64,000 nt of DNA from Anthoceros angustus. Lineage: Eukaryota; Plantae; Anthocerotophyta. A model generated the notes under the pieces. It was not told the origin of the DNA, searched no databases, and saw only the letters and a program-made list of their open reading frames with translations. Of the stretch, positions 24,843 to 36,720 are shown in pieces. The stretch lies in NCBI GenBank assembly GCA_010909165.1, contig MU008177.1, forward strand, positions 496,001 to 560,000, written 5' to 3'. Each line of letters opens with the position of its first letter. The first letter of the stretch is position 1. The translations under genes and the position numbers were made by a program.

Positions 24843-27246
24843 TCCTCCTCATAGACGGCCAACATAGAACCTGGAATATTTATATTAAAAATAAAAATAA
24901 TATTTAAGCAGTATTTATGTGATTAAAACAATAAATTCCCTTAGCACCAAAGGCACCTACGGAAAATATGTTTGATATGTCCTGGAAATTCCTCACATGG
25001 GAGACTTGCTATTTTATCATGTGGATGGTAGTTTCCTCACATATATAGGAGTCCGGACATCTCCTTTTCACTTAAACCTAAGGTGAGTATGTATACTTTA
25101 TTTTCTGGTCACCTTTTGGTAGAATTCGCTTATAATAGCCCATGTTTTTGTCTTTAATACACTTAGGAAACAAAATGTGTTTACAGCCGCATCAATCGCA
25201 GAAAATTTATGCTAGGTTATTATGATCCTAAAACTCATATAGAAATTAGGATGCTTAAAATCGGATAACCCTTATTTAATATATTGCACCTTTCTTTTCC
25301 CTTCCTTGTCATATCCTCCCCATGCCGTCTCCACCCATCTCGCTCAAGCGTCCCACACAAGTGTCACCTCTTATCCATCAAGTCGTTAGCATCCTTGTAA
25401 TCCACTTGTGTCATAGCTTCTTCTTAGAAGCATAAGATGGGCAATCTTTCCTACAAACACTTTTGGCGAGGTGGGCATTTTGCGGCGGAGCATCATTCAT
25501 TGAGGGGGAGGGGCACGTCCTCATCACCTAGGCTGCGCTTCCTCCCCTTTGGTGAGCACATCCGAATTGCTTCACAAATGAAGACATGGCGGAAATGAAG
25601 ACATGGCGAAAATGAAGACGCAATCTTACACTCGGACTCAGCTTTCCTCTTCATAGACGGCCAACATAGAACCTGGAATATTTATATTAAAAATAAAAAT
25701 AATATTTAAGCAGTATTTATGTGATTAAAACAATAAATTCCCTTAGCACCAAAGGCACCTACGGAAAATATGTTTGATATGTCCTGGAAATTCCTCACAT
25801 GGGAGACTTGCTATTTTATCATGTGGATGGTAGTTTCACATATATAGGAGTCCGGACATCTCCCTTTTCACTTAAACCTAAGGTGAGTATGTATACTTTA
25901 TTTTCTGGTCACCTTTTGGTAGAATTCGCTTATAATAGCCCATGTTTTTGTCTTTAATACACTTAGGAAACAAAATGTGTTTACAGCCGCATCAATCGCA
26001 GAAAATTTATGCTAGGTTATTATGATCCTAAAACTCATATAGAAATTAGGATGCTTAAAATCGGATAACCCTTATTTAATATATTGCACCTTTCTTTTCC
26101 TTCCTTGTCATATCCTCCCCATGCCGTCTCCACCCATCTCGCTCAAGCGTCCCACACAAGTGTCACCTCTTATCCATCAAGTCGTTAGCATCCTTGTAAT
26201 CCACTTGTGTCATAGCTTCTTCTTAGAAGCATAAGATGGGCAATCTTTCCTACAAACACTTTTGGCGAGGTGGGCATTTTGCGGCGGAGCATCATTCATT
26301 GAGGGGGAGGGGCACGTCCTCATCACCTAGGCTGCGCTTCCTCCCCTTTGGTGAGCACATCCGAATTGCTTCACAAATGAAGACATGGCGGAAATGAAGA
26401 CATGGCGAAAATGAAGACGCAATCTTACACTCGGACTCAGCTTTCCTCTTCATAGACGGCCAACATAGAACCTGGAATATTTATATTAAAAATAAAAATA
26501 ATATTTAAGCAGTATTTATGTGATTAAAACAATAAATTCCCTTAGCACCAAAGGCACCTACGGAAAATATGTTTGATATGTCCTGGAAATTCCTCACATG
26601 GGAGACTTGCTATTTTTATCATGTGGATGGTAGTTTCCTCACATATATAGGAGTCCGGACATCTCCTTTTCACTTAAACCTAAGGTGAGTATGTATACTT
26701 TATTTTCTGGTCACCTTTTGGTAGAATTCGCTTATAATAGCCCATGTTTTTGTCTTTAATACACTTAGGAAACAAAATGTGTTTACAGCCGCATCAATCG
26801 CAGAAAATTTATGCTAGGTTATTATGATCCTAAAACTCATATAGAAATTAGGATGCTTAAAATCTTGGATAACCCTTATTTAATATATTGCACCTTTCTT
26901 TTCCTTCCTTGTCATATCCTCCCCATGCCGTCTCCACCCATCCGCAGCAACACAAGTGTCGACCTCTTTATCCATCAAGTCGTTAGCATCCTTGTAATCC
27001 ACCTGTGTCATAGCTTCTTCTTAGAAGCATAAGATGGGCAGCAATCTTTCCTACAAACACTTTTGGCGGTGGGCATTTTGCGGCGGAGCATCATTCATTG
27101 AGGGGGAGGGGCACGTCCTCATCACCTAGGCTTCCTCCCCTTTGGTGAGCACATCCGACAATTGCTTCACAAATGAAGACATGGCGGAAATGAAGACATG
27201 GCGAAAATGAAGACGCAATCTTACACGGACTTGCTTTCCCTCTTCG
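24843..27246. repeat. Three head-to-tail copies of an ~800-bp unit of unassigned origin
   Basis: Anchor atagacggcc at 24851, 25653, 26452; each unit ends with 3 copies of a 17-bp AAATGAAGACATGGCG-like motif. Confidence 0.92.
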
Positions 27247-28112
27247 CTGGAGCGCGCCCCTGAGGATCCTTAGGCATCTGGTTCAGCTTCATCCTCCGAG
27301 GATGAGGTCGATCAATGACAAATGCGAGATTTCTTTACGAAAGGCCGCAGGAAGGACGAGGTCGTGGGCGAGACTCTTCATCACCAGAGGACACGACTAG
27401 ATGCATCAGCGGTAGGCGCCCTCGTCCTTTTGTTTGGGCGCCAGGCGCCGTGAGCGCCCCTTGCCTGCAAGGACGCGAGGGCTGGAAGGGCGCCTCCTCC
27501 GTGGGCGGGGCTCGGGGCAGGCGCGATGGCGCCCCACGTGGCGCCTCCTCCGTGGGCGGGGATTGGGCGCCTGCGCGGGTAACCCTCCCGCCATCGCCAT
27601 CACCGCACATGTACCAACCACCAAGTTGTCGGGATCGCGTTCGTGAAGTTTGAGGAAGAAGGGTATTATCCATTATCCTTTTGATTTTCCTTTTCGGAAA
27701 TTAGGGTATTTTCTGGATTTTCCTCTATATATAAATCCGCTTAAATACTTTTAATTAGTTTTAATTCCACCTATTTACTGAAGTTGGGTTTTTAGTTTCT
27801 CATCTCAGTTCTCCTTAAGTGGGAGTTATTTTAATAGTGATTATTACTTTCAGTTTTACCTTAAGTTTTACTTTATGCCTTTAAGTAAAGTTTAGTTAGG
27901 GACTAGTTTTACTAGACTAGTTTTCCTAGACCTCTTTTGGTCGAAAATCACCCCTAGTTCATAGTGAGTGGGAGTGATAAAATAGCTTACTATTAGGGCA
28001 CTCTTCACTAGGGCACCTAGGACTTAATAATTAATTTAGTCCTTAGGGCTCTAGGTAGTTTCTTTTAGTAGTTATTTAATTGGTTAGTTGTTACAACCAC
28101 TTATTGGTTACA
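27247..28112 (+). other. Unassigned GC-rich then AT-rich block with TATA; possible solo LTR
   Basis: GC-rich 27250-27650 with duplicated GGCGCCTCCTCCGTGGGCGGGG; CTATATATAAA at ~27724; ends ..GTTACA near 28095 or 28112. No partner LTR or TSD found. Confidence 0.3.
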
Positions 28113-28148
28113 ACTACCTTGCCTACATAAAGGCATGTACTTTCTATT

Positions 28149-29205
28149 ATGAATGTAATGCAACACATATTGCTTAAGCTTGTGTATGATTCTCATCATT
28201 TTCTTATGTTCACAGACGACAAGAGTCATTTTGTTACTTCCTACATCTTGAAGAACAAAAGTGAGTGTTTCTTCTATTTCAAGGAGTACATAAAATTTGC
28301 TGAACGTTGGATTGGGAAGCAGCTCAAAACCCTAAGATCAGATAATGGCGGGGAATTCACCTCCAATGAATTTTAAGCCTACTGCAAGAAAGAAGGCATA
28401 GGTAGACAACTCAGTGTTGTCTACACTCTTCAACAGAATGGAGTGGCTGAACGATTGAATCTTACACTGCAGGAGATGACCTCCTCTTTGTTACATGATG
28501 CTCAACTGCCACTTCCATATTGGGCAAAAGCTTTGATGACATCCACCTATCTTTGAAACAGGTTGCCTACAACCGCTGTTGACGGACAGACCCCGTATGA
28601 GGCATTTACCGGTAGGAAACCTTCTCTCCAACACTTGAGAACCTTTGGGTGTCTCGCCTATGCTTTTATACTTAAGAAAAAGCGCAAGAAGTTCTCTGAT
28701 AAGTCCTGGAAACTTCTCATGCTAGGGTATACGGAGGGTATCAAGGCTTATAGACTTTATGATGTTCCCACAAATAAAATCATTTATGCTCGGAGTGTTA
28801 CCTTTGATGAAGGGCGTACTTGGGCATCAGTGGGAGCCCAGCAGCATGTTACAGACCCTGCTGATGATGGGGACGATCTTGATGTCTCACATTTTGATCT
28901 CACCGACCATGGTACTCAGAATTCTACCTTTGCGGACATAGCTCCTGCAGGTGGGGAAAATATAGCAGCAACAGAGTTAGAAGAAGCTCCTCTGCTAGCT
29001 ATGCCTGAACAGCCAACTTTGCAGGACCCACATCCTCAACATCCTAGTGGTGCTTATCTCAAGTTAGAAATTGCTGACCTTGATCCAGCTGATCCATCTG
29101 ATTCAGAGGCCGACGAGCCGCCTGCTGATGAAGACAATGACCCTGAACCAGAACCCTTGCCAGATCCTGTTCGACGTTATCCTACATGTGAACGGCGACC
29201 CGAGG
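28149..29205 (+). pseudogene. Second Ty1/copia integrase and INT-RT linker
   Basis: FTDDKS, LRSDNGGEF, QNGVAER, TPYEAFTGRKP, LRTFGCLAY, LGY..KAYRLYD, VTFDE in one frame with two nonsense codons; DNA differs from copia 1. Confidence 0.92.
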
Positions 29206-29570
29206 ACCCTACCATGGGCGCCCAGGGACCCCCTGATCCGCACCGCGTTTCGTCCCTACTTCTAAGACCAATCTTCTCCACTCAGGGAGCGCCCTTTTAC
29301 TTGCAGATTTGGGATTCGTCCCTTAGGCTCTGCCTGTGGCCTTCCACTAACACCTACACTTCTAATCCTCTACTCGTCTCCTCATCCTCGCCCTCCTATT
29401 CTAACCTCGCTGGCTTAAGGCCGACTCGCCCACGCAGCAACCCTGGGTCGGCCTCCACCAAAGAAGTTCTTTCTTGGGCGGTTGCTATGAATTTGACACC
29501 AAACGGCGAGGATCTCCGAGTCTGTCCGGCGGTCTTCCTCAAACCGAGAGTTCCACAGGCATTGCCACTT
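29206..29570 (-). mobile_element. Fragment of an LTR related to 10530-10990, interrupting copia 2 (partly repeated at ~30200-30400)
   Basis: Shares TTGGGATTCGTCCCTTAGGCTC, CCTTCCACTAACACCTACAC and CTTGGGCGGTTGCTATGA with 10720-10930. Confidence 0.75.
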
Positions 29571-31395
29571 GTTTTTCAAGATGTAGGAAAGACAAACGAG
29601 AGAAACCACGTGAAGGTCAAAAATATCAACTACCACTAGACTTGGCTTTCAAGAAATCTCATTGTTTCTATCCAATAGTTTCGATCTCGATTAATTTGAT
29701 TTACAACTCGCTCCATTTCAACTTTTGTAGCTTCGCCCATTTGATTTGCACTCCATTCAATTTAGCTTTGATTGAGTACGTGGGACATGGATTAATGGGC
29801 GTTTTGGAATGGGTATTTACACATTTACTCTAGCCGCTCTCGGTGCGCTAACCGCTCTAGATAGATGGTGTAGTAGACCCCTAGCATGATGTGTCTATTC
29901 AAAGGTTGGTAACGATGAGCTATGATATTGGCTCTTTTAGTTGGCGATGGCTCGTTAAATATTCCTACGCACATGTGAGACATACGAGGTTGAGGCATGA
30001 GACTTAGCATGCACTCTCACACACACACCGGATGTACGGACTCTTTCTTGTTATCACTTGCCAAAGGACTCCACCAGCCAGCTTTGAAATGTGAGGACTT
30101 GCGATAGCCGATATCCCGCACAACATATTAGTCTAGATCTTGGACCATGGCACGGTAGTAACCCACTACCCGCAAAGGCTGTATGATGTTCGTGGACCAC
30201 CGCTATCATCGTCCTCCTATTCTAACCTCGCTCGGCCATCGGCTTCGACCGCCTTACGCACAAGGCCTGGGTCGGCCTCCACCAAAGAAGTTCTTTCTTG
30301 GGCGGTTGCTATGAATTTGACACCAAACGGCGAGGATCTCCGAGTCTGTCCGGCGGTCTTCCTCAAACCGAGAGTTCCACAGGCATTGCCACTTGTTTTT
30401 CAAGATGTAGGAAAGACAAACGAGAGAAACCACGTGAAGGTCAAAAATATCAACTACCACTAGACTTGGCTTTCAAGAAATCTCATTTTCTATCCAATAG
30501 TTTCGATCTCGATTAATTTGATTTACAACTCGCTCCATTTCAACTTTTGTAGCTTCGTCCATTTGATTTGCACTCCATTCAATTTAGCTTTGATTGAGTC
30601 GTGGGACATGGATTAATGGGCGTTTTGGAATGGGTATTTACACATTTACTCTAGCCGCTCGGCCGCTAACCGCTCTAGATAGATGGTGCATGGTAGACCC
30701 CTAGCATGATGTGTCTATTCAAAGGTTGGTAACGATGAGCTATGATATTGGCTCTTTTAGTTGGCGATGGCACATTAAATATTCCTACGCACATGTGAGA
30801 CATACAGTTGAGGCATGAGTGTTAGCATGCACTCTCACACACACCGGATGTACGGACTCTTTCTTGTTATCACTTGCCAAAGGACTCCACCAGCTTTGAA
30901 ATGTGAGGACTTGCGATAGATATCCCGCACAACATATTAGTCTAGATCTTGGACCATGGCACGGTAGTAACCCACTACCCGCAAAGGCTGTATGTATGCT
31001 CGTCGTCACCACCGCTATCATCGTCCTCGAGCGGCGAGACAAAATGTTGCGAGATGTGGTCTAGAAGGTTCCTTTGGCGGACGCGGAAGGTTACCATCGT
31101 TGGGATTGTACTCTTAAGTAAGCGGAATCTTTCGATTTTGCTTCGCTTATTAGGGTTTACACCTAAGTCTAATAGCTCTAGGGTTTGCAAGTGCACTGCG
31201 GGATGGTTGGAAAGGATATTCGAATTACCTTGTCCATGTATATATATACAAGATAAAATAGAGAGAGAGAGAGATCGCAACTTAACGACAAAGGAGCTTG
31301 CAAATAGAAGAAGAAGAATTTTATTAAATCCACGACTTTCTAAGTGCGTACAAGATATAGAATATTTAGAAAAAGAGATATAGAACTTGGCGACA

Positions 31396-31610
31396 AAGGA
31401 AGATGAAAATAGAAGGAGCTTATACATAAGATAGAAAAGTTTTACTAGGGACCAAGGAAGATGAAAATAGAAGGAGCTTATATAAATAAGATAGAAAAGT
31501 TTTTCCAAAGTCCATTTGAGGATGATCATCATGGAATCGAATACCATGCATCCATACGATGCGATAAGATTAATACAAAGGAGTCGAGAAGATTAATACA
31601 AAGGAGTTTA
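31396..31610. repeat. 58-bp x2 and 23-bp x2-3 tandem repeats between protease units (also ~33855-34095 and ~36360-36605)
   Basis: AAGGAAGATGAAAATAGAAGGAGCTTATA.. at 31396 and 31454; AAGATTAATACAAAGGAGTCGAG at 31566 and 31589. Confidence 0.85.
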
Positions 31611-31797
31611 GAGTTAAGATTTGGTCAACTATGTGCGTGAGAGATTTATATATCATCCGTTTCATTGTGAAATACAACGTTCACGTTGATAGAAATATAC
31701 TCAAATGAGCATTACAAATTATAACTTAGTTGTGAAATCAAATTCTCACATTAATAAATTACCCAAATGAGTATTACAAACTATGACAACTTAAAAT

Positions 31798-32825
31798 TTA
31801 GTGTTCTATATGGTATCAGGATATCCCATATCGTGTACATACCACATACACCTCCTCAGATACTTACTGTATATGCGCAATGCTTCACCCCAACTTGTAC
31901 CTCATTGGTTGCGCAATATCCGAGTCAATGTTACTTTCAGACCCCATCCAATAACTACCACGATGATCTAACACGGACCACAATTTCACCAAAGAAGACC
32001 CCACTTTATAACTCTTAAAATCCGAACCACTACCGCTATTGCAACCCCAATGGATGGATGGATACTTCTTGAGCTAATGCATCCGTGATCAAATGCAAAG
32101 CGTATAGTTGAATCGGTACAATAGGTTCGAGACCAACCTTATTATTTTGACATATTCCTTCGCCTCAGATATGGATAACTGTTCAAGAACGTTATCAGAA
32201 TTCAACCATGTAGCCAGCTTCTTCTACAAGTGCACCAACAGACACCGCTCCAAAGGTATTGCACTCCAAAAGCTCTTGCTCGATAGGGAGACCACCCGCA
32301 CCTTTATTGCATGTTGAGTTTCGCAAGTCCGCTGCAACAAAAGCCCAACAACAACCGCATGTACCTTGATTCTTCATCGCCCAATTATATTCGGGCTTTC
32401 CAATCAAAGGAAACGGCGGATCTTCAAGTCGTTTAGCACTAATCCTAGAAGAACTAGGCGCAATTGTGCTCCTATTGAAACTTGGAACTTTCGCAATAAA
32501 AAGTTGGTCTTGAATTCTTCATCCGTCAAACCAAAATTGGTTCAAACCCAACGAACGTAACCTCCTTATTGCGCTTCTCAATATACTCGTATGTTTCCTT
32601 GAAGATTTCAAAGCGAAGCAACTTCTCTTCAAGTCCTTCATAAACTCGTCCATGTTCTAGTATCCAATCCTCGAATGCGCTAGTCAAATGCAACTTGAGA
32701 AGACAAATTTATGAAAGCACTTCCAAGAGGGACATCTTGTGTGACCAACTCTCTAGACATTACGCATGTTGCACTAGCTATGACCGTAAAAGCAACATGA
32801 GTAGGAAAACACATTTCGCCATCAT
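31798..32825 (-). CDS. Papain-family (C1A) cysteine protease preproprotein, copy 1 (frameshifts may be real or sequencing errors)
   Basis: Signal-peptide-like MMAKCVFLLML..; I29 prodomain FEDWILEHGRVY..EKLLRFEIFKETYEYI; KNQGTCGCCWAF (catalytic Cys); SLSEQELLEC; LDH.VVVIGWG (His); WGE.GY; GVCGMY..YP; 1028 bp, about 342 codons. Confidence 0.85.
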
Positions 32826-34278
32826 AAATGTCTAATAGTTTTTCAAGATACTAACAATAATATTAGTCCGAGGCAATGACAATGAAAACTCTAATGTGCC
32901 TAGTCACATATATAGACTTGGCTTTCAAGAAATCTCGCTGTTCTATCCAATAGTTTCGATCTCGATTAATTTGATTTACAACCGCTCCATTTCAACTTTT
33001 GTAGCTTCGTCCATTTGATTTGCACTCCATTCGAATTTAGCTTTGATTGAGTACGTGGGACATGGATTAATGGGCGTTTTGGAATGGGTATTTACACATT
33101 TACTCTAGCCGCCTCAGCGCGCTAACCGCTCTAGATAGATGGTCCGTAGTAGACCCCTAGCATGATGTGTCTATTCAAAGGTTGGTAACGATGAGCTATG
33201 ATATTGGCTCTTTTAGTTGGCGATGGCCGTTAAATATTCCTACGCACATGTGAGACATAGAGTTGAGGCATGAGATCATATGCACTCACACACACAATCA
33301 CCGGATGTACTGGACTCTTTCTTGTTATCACTTGCCAAAGGACTCCACCAGCTTAATGAAATGTGAGGACTTGCAGAAATATATCCCGCACAACATATTA
33401 GTCTAGATCTTGGACCATGGCCGGTAGTAACCCACTACCCGCAAAGGCTCAGTATGTATGCTCAGACCACCGCTATCATCGCCCTCCGAGCGAAGCGAGA
33501 CAAAATGTTGCGAGATGTGGTCGCTAGAAGGTTCCTTTGGCGGACGCAGGAAGGTTACCATCGTTGGGATTTGTGTACTCTTAAGTAAGTGAATCTTTCG
33601 ATTTTGCTTATTAGGGTTTACACCTAAGTCTAATAGCTCTAGGGTTTGCAAGTGCACCGCAGGATGGTTGGAAAGGATATTCAATTACCTTGTCCATGTA
33701 TATATATACAAGATAAAATAGAGAGAGAGAGAGAGAGATTTAACGCAACGACAAAGGAGCTTGCAAATAGAAGAAGAAGAATTTTATTAAATCCTCACTT
33801 TCTAAGTGCGTACAAGATATAGAATATTTAGAAAAAGAGATATAGAACTTAGCGACAAAGGAAGATGAAAATAGAAGGAGCTTATACATAAGATAGAAAA
33901 GTTTTACTAGGGACCAAGGAAGATGAAAATAGAAGGAGCTTATATAAATAAGATAGAAAAGTTTTTCCAAAGTCCATTTGCGAGGATGATCATCATGGAA
34001 CTGAAATACCATGCATCCATACGATGCGATAAGATTAATACAAAGGAGTCGAAGATTAATACAAAGGAGTCGAGAAGATTAATACAAAGGAGTCGAGCAG
34101 ATTTGGTCAACTATGTGCGAGAGATTTATATATCATCTCGTTTATCGTGAAATACAACGCTCACGCTTGATAGAAATATACTCAAATGAGCATTATAAAT
34201 TATAACTTAGTTGTGAAATCAAATTCTCACATTAATAAATTACCCAAATGAGTATTACAAACTATGACAACTTAAAAT

Positions 34279-35313
34279 TTAGTGTTCTATATGGTATACA
34301 GATATCCCATATCTGTACATACCACATACACCTCCTCAGATACTTGCTACCGTGTTATGCGCATGTAACCGGCTTCACCCCAACTTGTACCCCATTGGTT
34401 GCGCAATATCCAAAGAGTCAATGTTACTTGCACCCCATCCAATAACTACCACAAAGATGATCTAACACTGGACCACAATTTCCACCAAAGAAGACCCCAC
34501 TTTATAACTCTTAAAATCCGAACCACTACCGCTATTGCAACCCCAATGGATGGATACTTCTTGAGCTAATGCATCCGTGATCAAATGCGAGCAAAGCGTA
34601 TAGTTGCGAATCGGTACAATAGGTTCGAGACCAACCTTATTATTTTGACATATTCCTTTCATCAGATATGGATAACTGCTTCAAGAACGTATAACCAACC
34701 ATGTAGCCAACTTCTTCTACAAGTGCACCAACAGCTCCTCCAAAGGTATTGCACTCCAAAAGCTCTTGCTCGATAGGGAGACCACCCGCACCGTCCTATT
34801 GCATGTTGAGTTTCGCAAGTCTGTTGCAACAAAAGCCCAACAACAACCGCATGTACCTTGATTCTTCACCGCCCAATTATATTCGGGGGCTCTCCAATCA
34901 AAGGAAACGGGCGATCTTCAAGCTTTAGCACTAATCCTAGAAGAACTAGGCGCAATTGTGCTCCTATTGAAACTTGGAACTTAAAAAAAAGTTGGTCTTG
35001 AATTCTTCATCCACAACCAAAATTGGTTCAAACCCAACGAACGTAACCTCCTTATTGCGCTTCTCAATATACTCGTATGTTTCCTTGAAGATTTCAAAGC
35101 GAAGCAACTTCTCTTCAAGTCCTTCATAAACTCGTCCATGTTCTAGTATCCAATCCTCGAATGCGCTAGTCAAATCAGCAACTTGAGAAGACAAATTTAT
35201 GAAAGCACTTCCAAGAGGGACATCTTGTGTGACCAACTCTCTAGACATTACGCATGTTGCACTAGCTATGACCGTAAAAGCAACATGAGTAGGAAAACAC
35301 ATTTCGCCATCAT
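34279..35313 (-). CDS. Papain-family (C1A) cysteine protease preproprotein, copy 2
   Basis: Same motifs as copy 1; ORF 34964..35302 shows the prodomain; 1035 bp; frameshifts mostly at different positions from copy 1. Confidence 0.85.
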
Positions 35314-36720
35314 AAATGTCTAATAGTTTTTCAAGATACTAACAATAATATTAGTCCGAGAGCAATGACAATGAAAACTCTAATGTGCCTAGTCACATAT
35401 ATAGACTTGGCTTTCAAGAAATCTCACCGTTTCTATCCAATAGTTTCGATCTCATTAATTTGATTTACAACCCGCTCCATTTCAACTTTTGTAGCTTCGT
35501 CCATTTGATTTGCACTCCATTCGAATTTAGCTTTGATTGAGTACGTGGGACATGGATTAATGGGCGTTTTGGAATGGGTATTTACACATTTACTCTAGCC
35601 GCCTCAGCGCCGCTAACCGCCTAGATAGATGGTCCGTAGTAGACCCCTAGCATGATGTGTCTATTCAAAGGTTGGTAACGGCGAGCTATGATATTGGCTC
35701 TTTTAGTTGGCGATGGCCTCAAAATATTCCTACGCACATGTGAGACATATGAGTTGAGGCATGAGATCGTTAGCATGCACTCTCACACACACAACACGGA
35801 TGTACTGACTCTTTCTTGTTATCACTTGCCAAAGGACTCCACCACCACCTTGCAAATGTGAGGACTTGCGATAGCCGATATCCCACAACATATTAGTCTA
35901 GATCTTGGACCATGGCCTCGGTAGTAACCCACTACCCGCAAAGGCTCAGATATGCTTCGCTGCACCACCGCTATCATCGCCCTCCGCCGAGCGAGCGAGA
36001 GACAAAATGTTGCGGAGATGTGGTCGCTAGAAGGTTCCTTTGGCGACGCCGCAGGAAGGTTACCATCGTTGGGATTGTGTACTCTTAAGTAAGCGGAATC
36101 TTCGATTTTGCTTCGCTTATTAGGGTTTACACCTAAGTCTAATAGCTCTAGGGTTTGCAAGTGCACTGCAGATGGTTGGAAAGGATATTCAATTACCTTG
36201 TCCATGTATATATATACAAGATAAAATAGAGAGAGAGAGAGATACGCAACTTAACGACAAAGGAGCTTGCAAATAGAAGAAGAAGAATTTTATTAAATCG
36301 ACTTTCTAAGTGCGTATAAGATATAGAATATTTAGAAAAAGAGATATAGAACTTAGCGACAAAGGAAGATGAAAATAGAAGGAGCTTATACATAAGATAG
36401 AAAAGTTTTACTAGGGACCAAGGAAGATGAAAATAGAAGGAGCTTATATAAATAAGATAGAAAAGTTTTTCCAAAGTCCATTTGCGAGGATGATCATCAT
36501 GGAACTGAATACCATGCATCCATACGATGCGATAAGATTAATACAAAGGAGTCGAGAAGATTAATACAAAGGAGTCGAGAAGATTAATACAAAGGAGTCG
36601 AGAGTTAAGATTTGGTCAACTATGTGCAGGAGAGATTTATATATCATCTGTTTCATTGTGAAATACAACGTTCACGTTGATAGAAATATACTCAAATGAG
36701 CATTACAAATTATAACTTAG

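Larger units (their letters stand above)
29640..36720. repeat. Tandem array of a ~2.47 kb unit (about 2.5 copies plus an 824-bp partial)
   Basis: Anchor agacttggctttcaagaaatctc at ~29639, 30463, 32915, 35403. Confidence 0.92.

Noticed and set aside
26955-26995. Minus-strand DYKD peptide as a FLAG-tag or vector remnant
   Set aside because: Only four residues match, it is present in all three repeat units, and there is no vector sequence nearby.
28563-29639. 358-aa ORF as a novel integrase fusion protein
   Set aside because: Chance read-through from the copia linker into an inserted LTR fragment at 29206.
30460-31237. A second ~260-codon gene (MDKVIEY.. to ..ATKVEMERVVNQINRDRNYWIE) in each 2.47 kb unit
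   Set aside because: No copy has a continuous frame, it contains a (CA)n tract, and it is explained at least as well by the proposed first intron; cannot be fully excluded without polishing.
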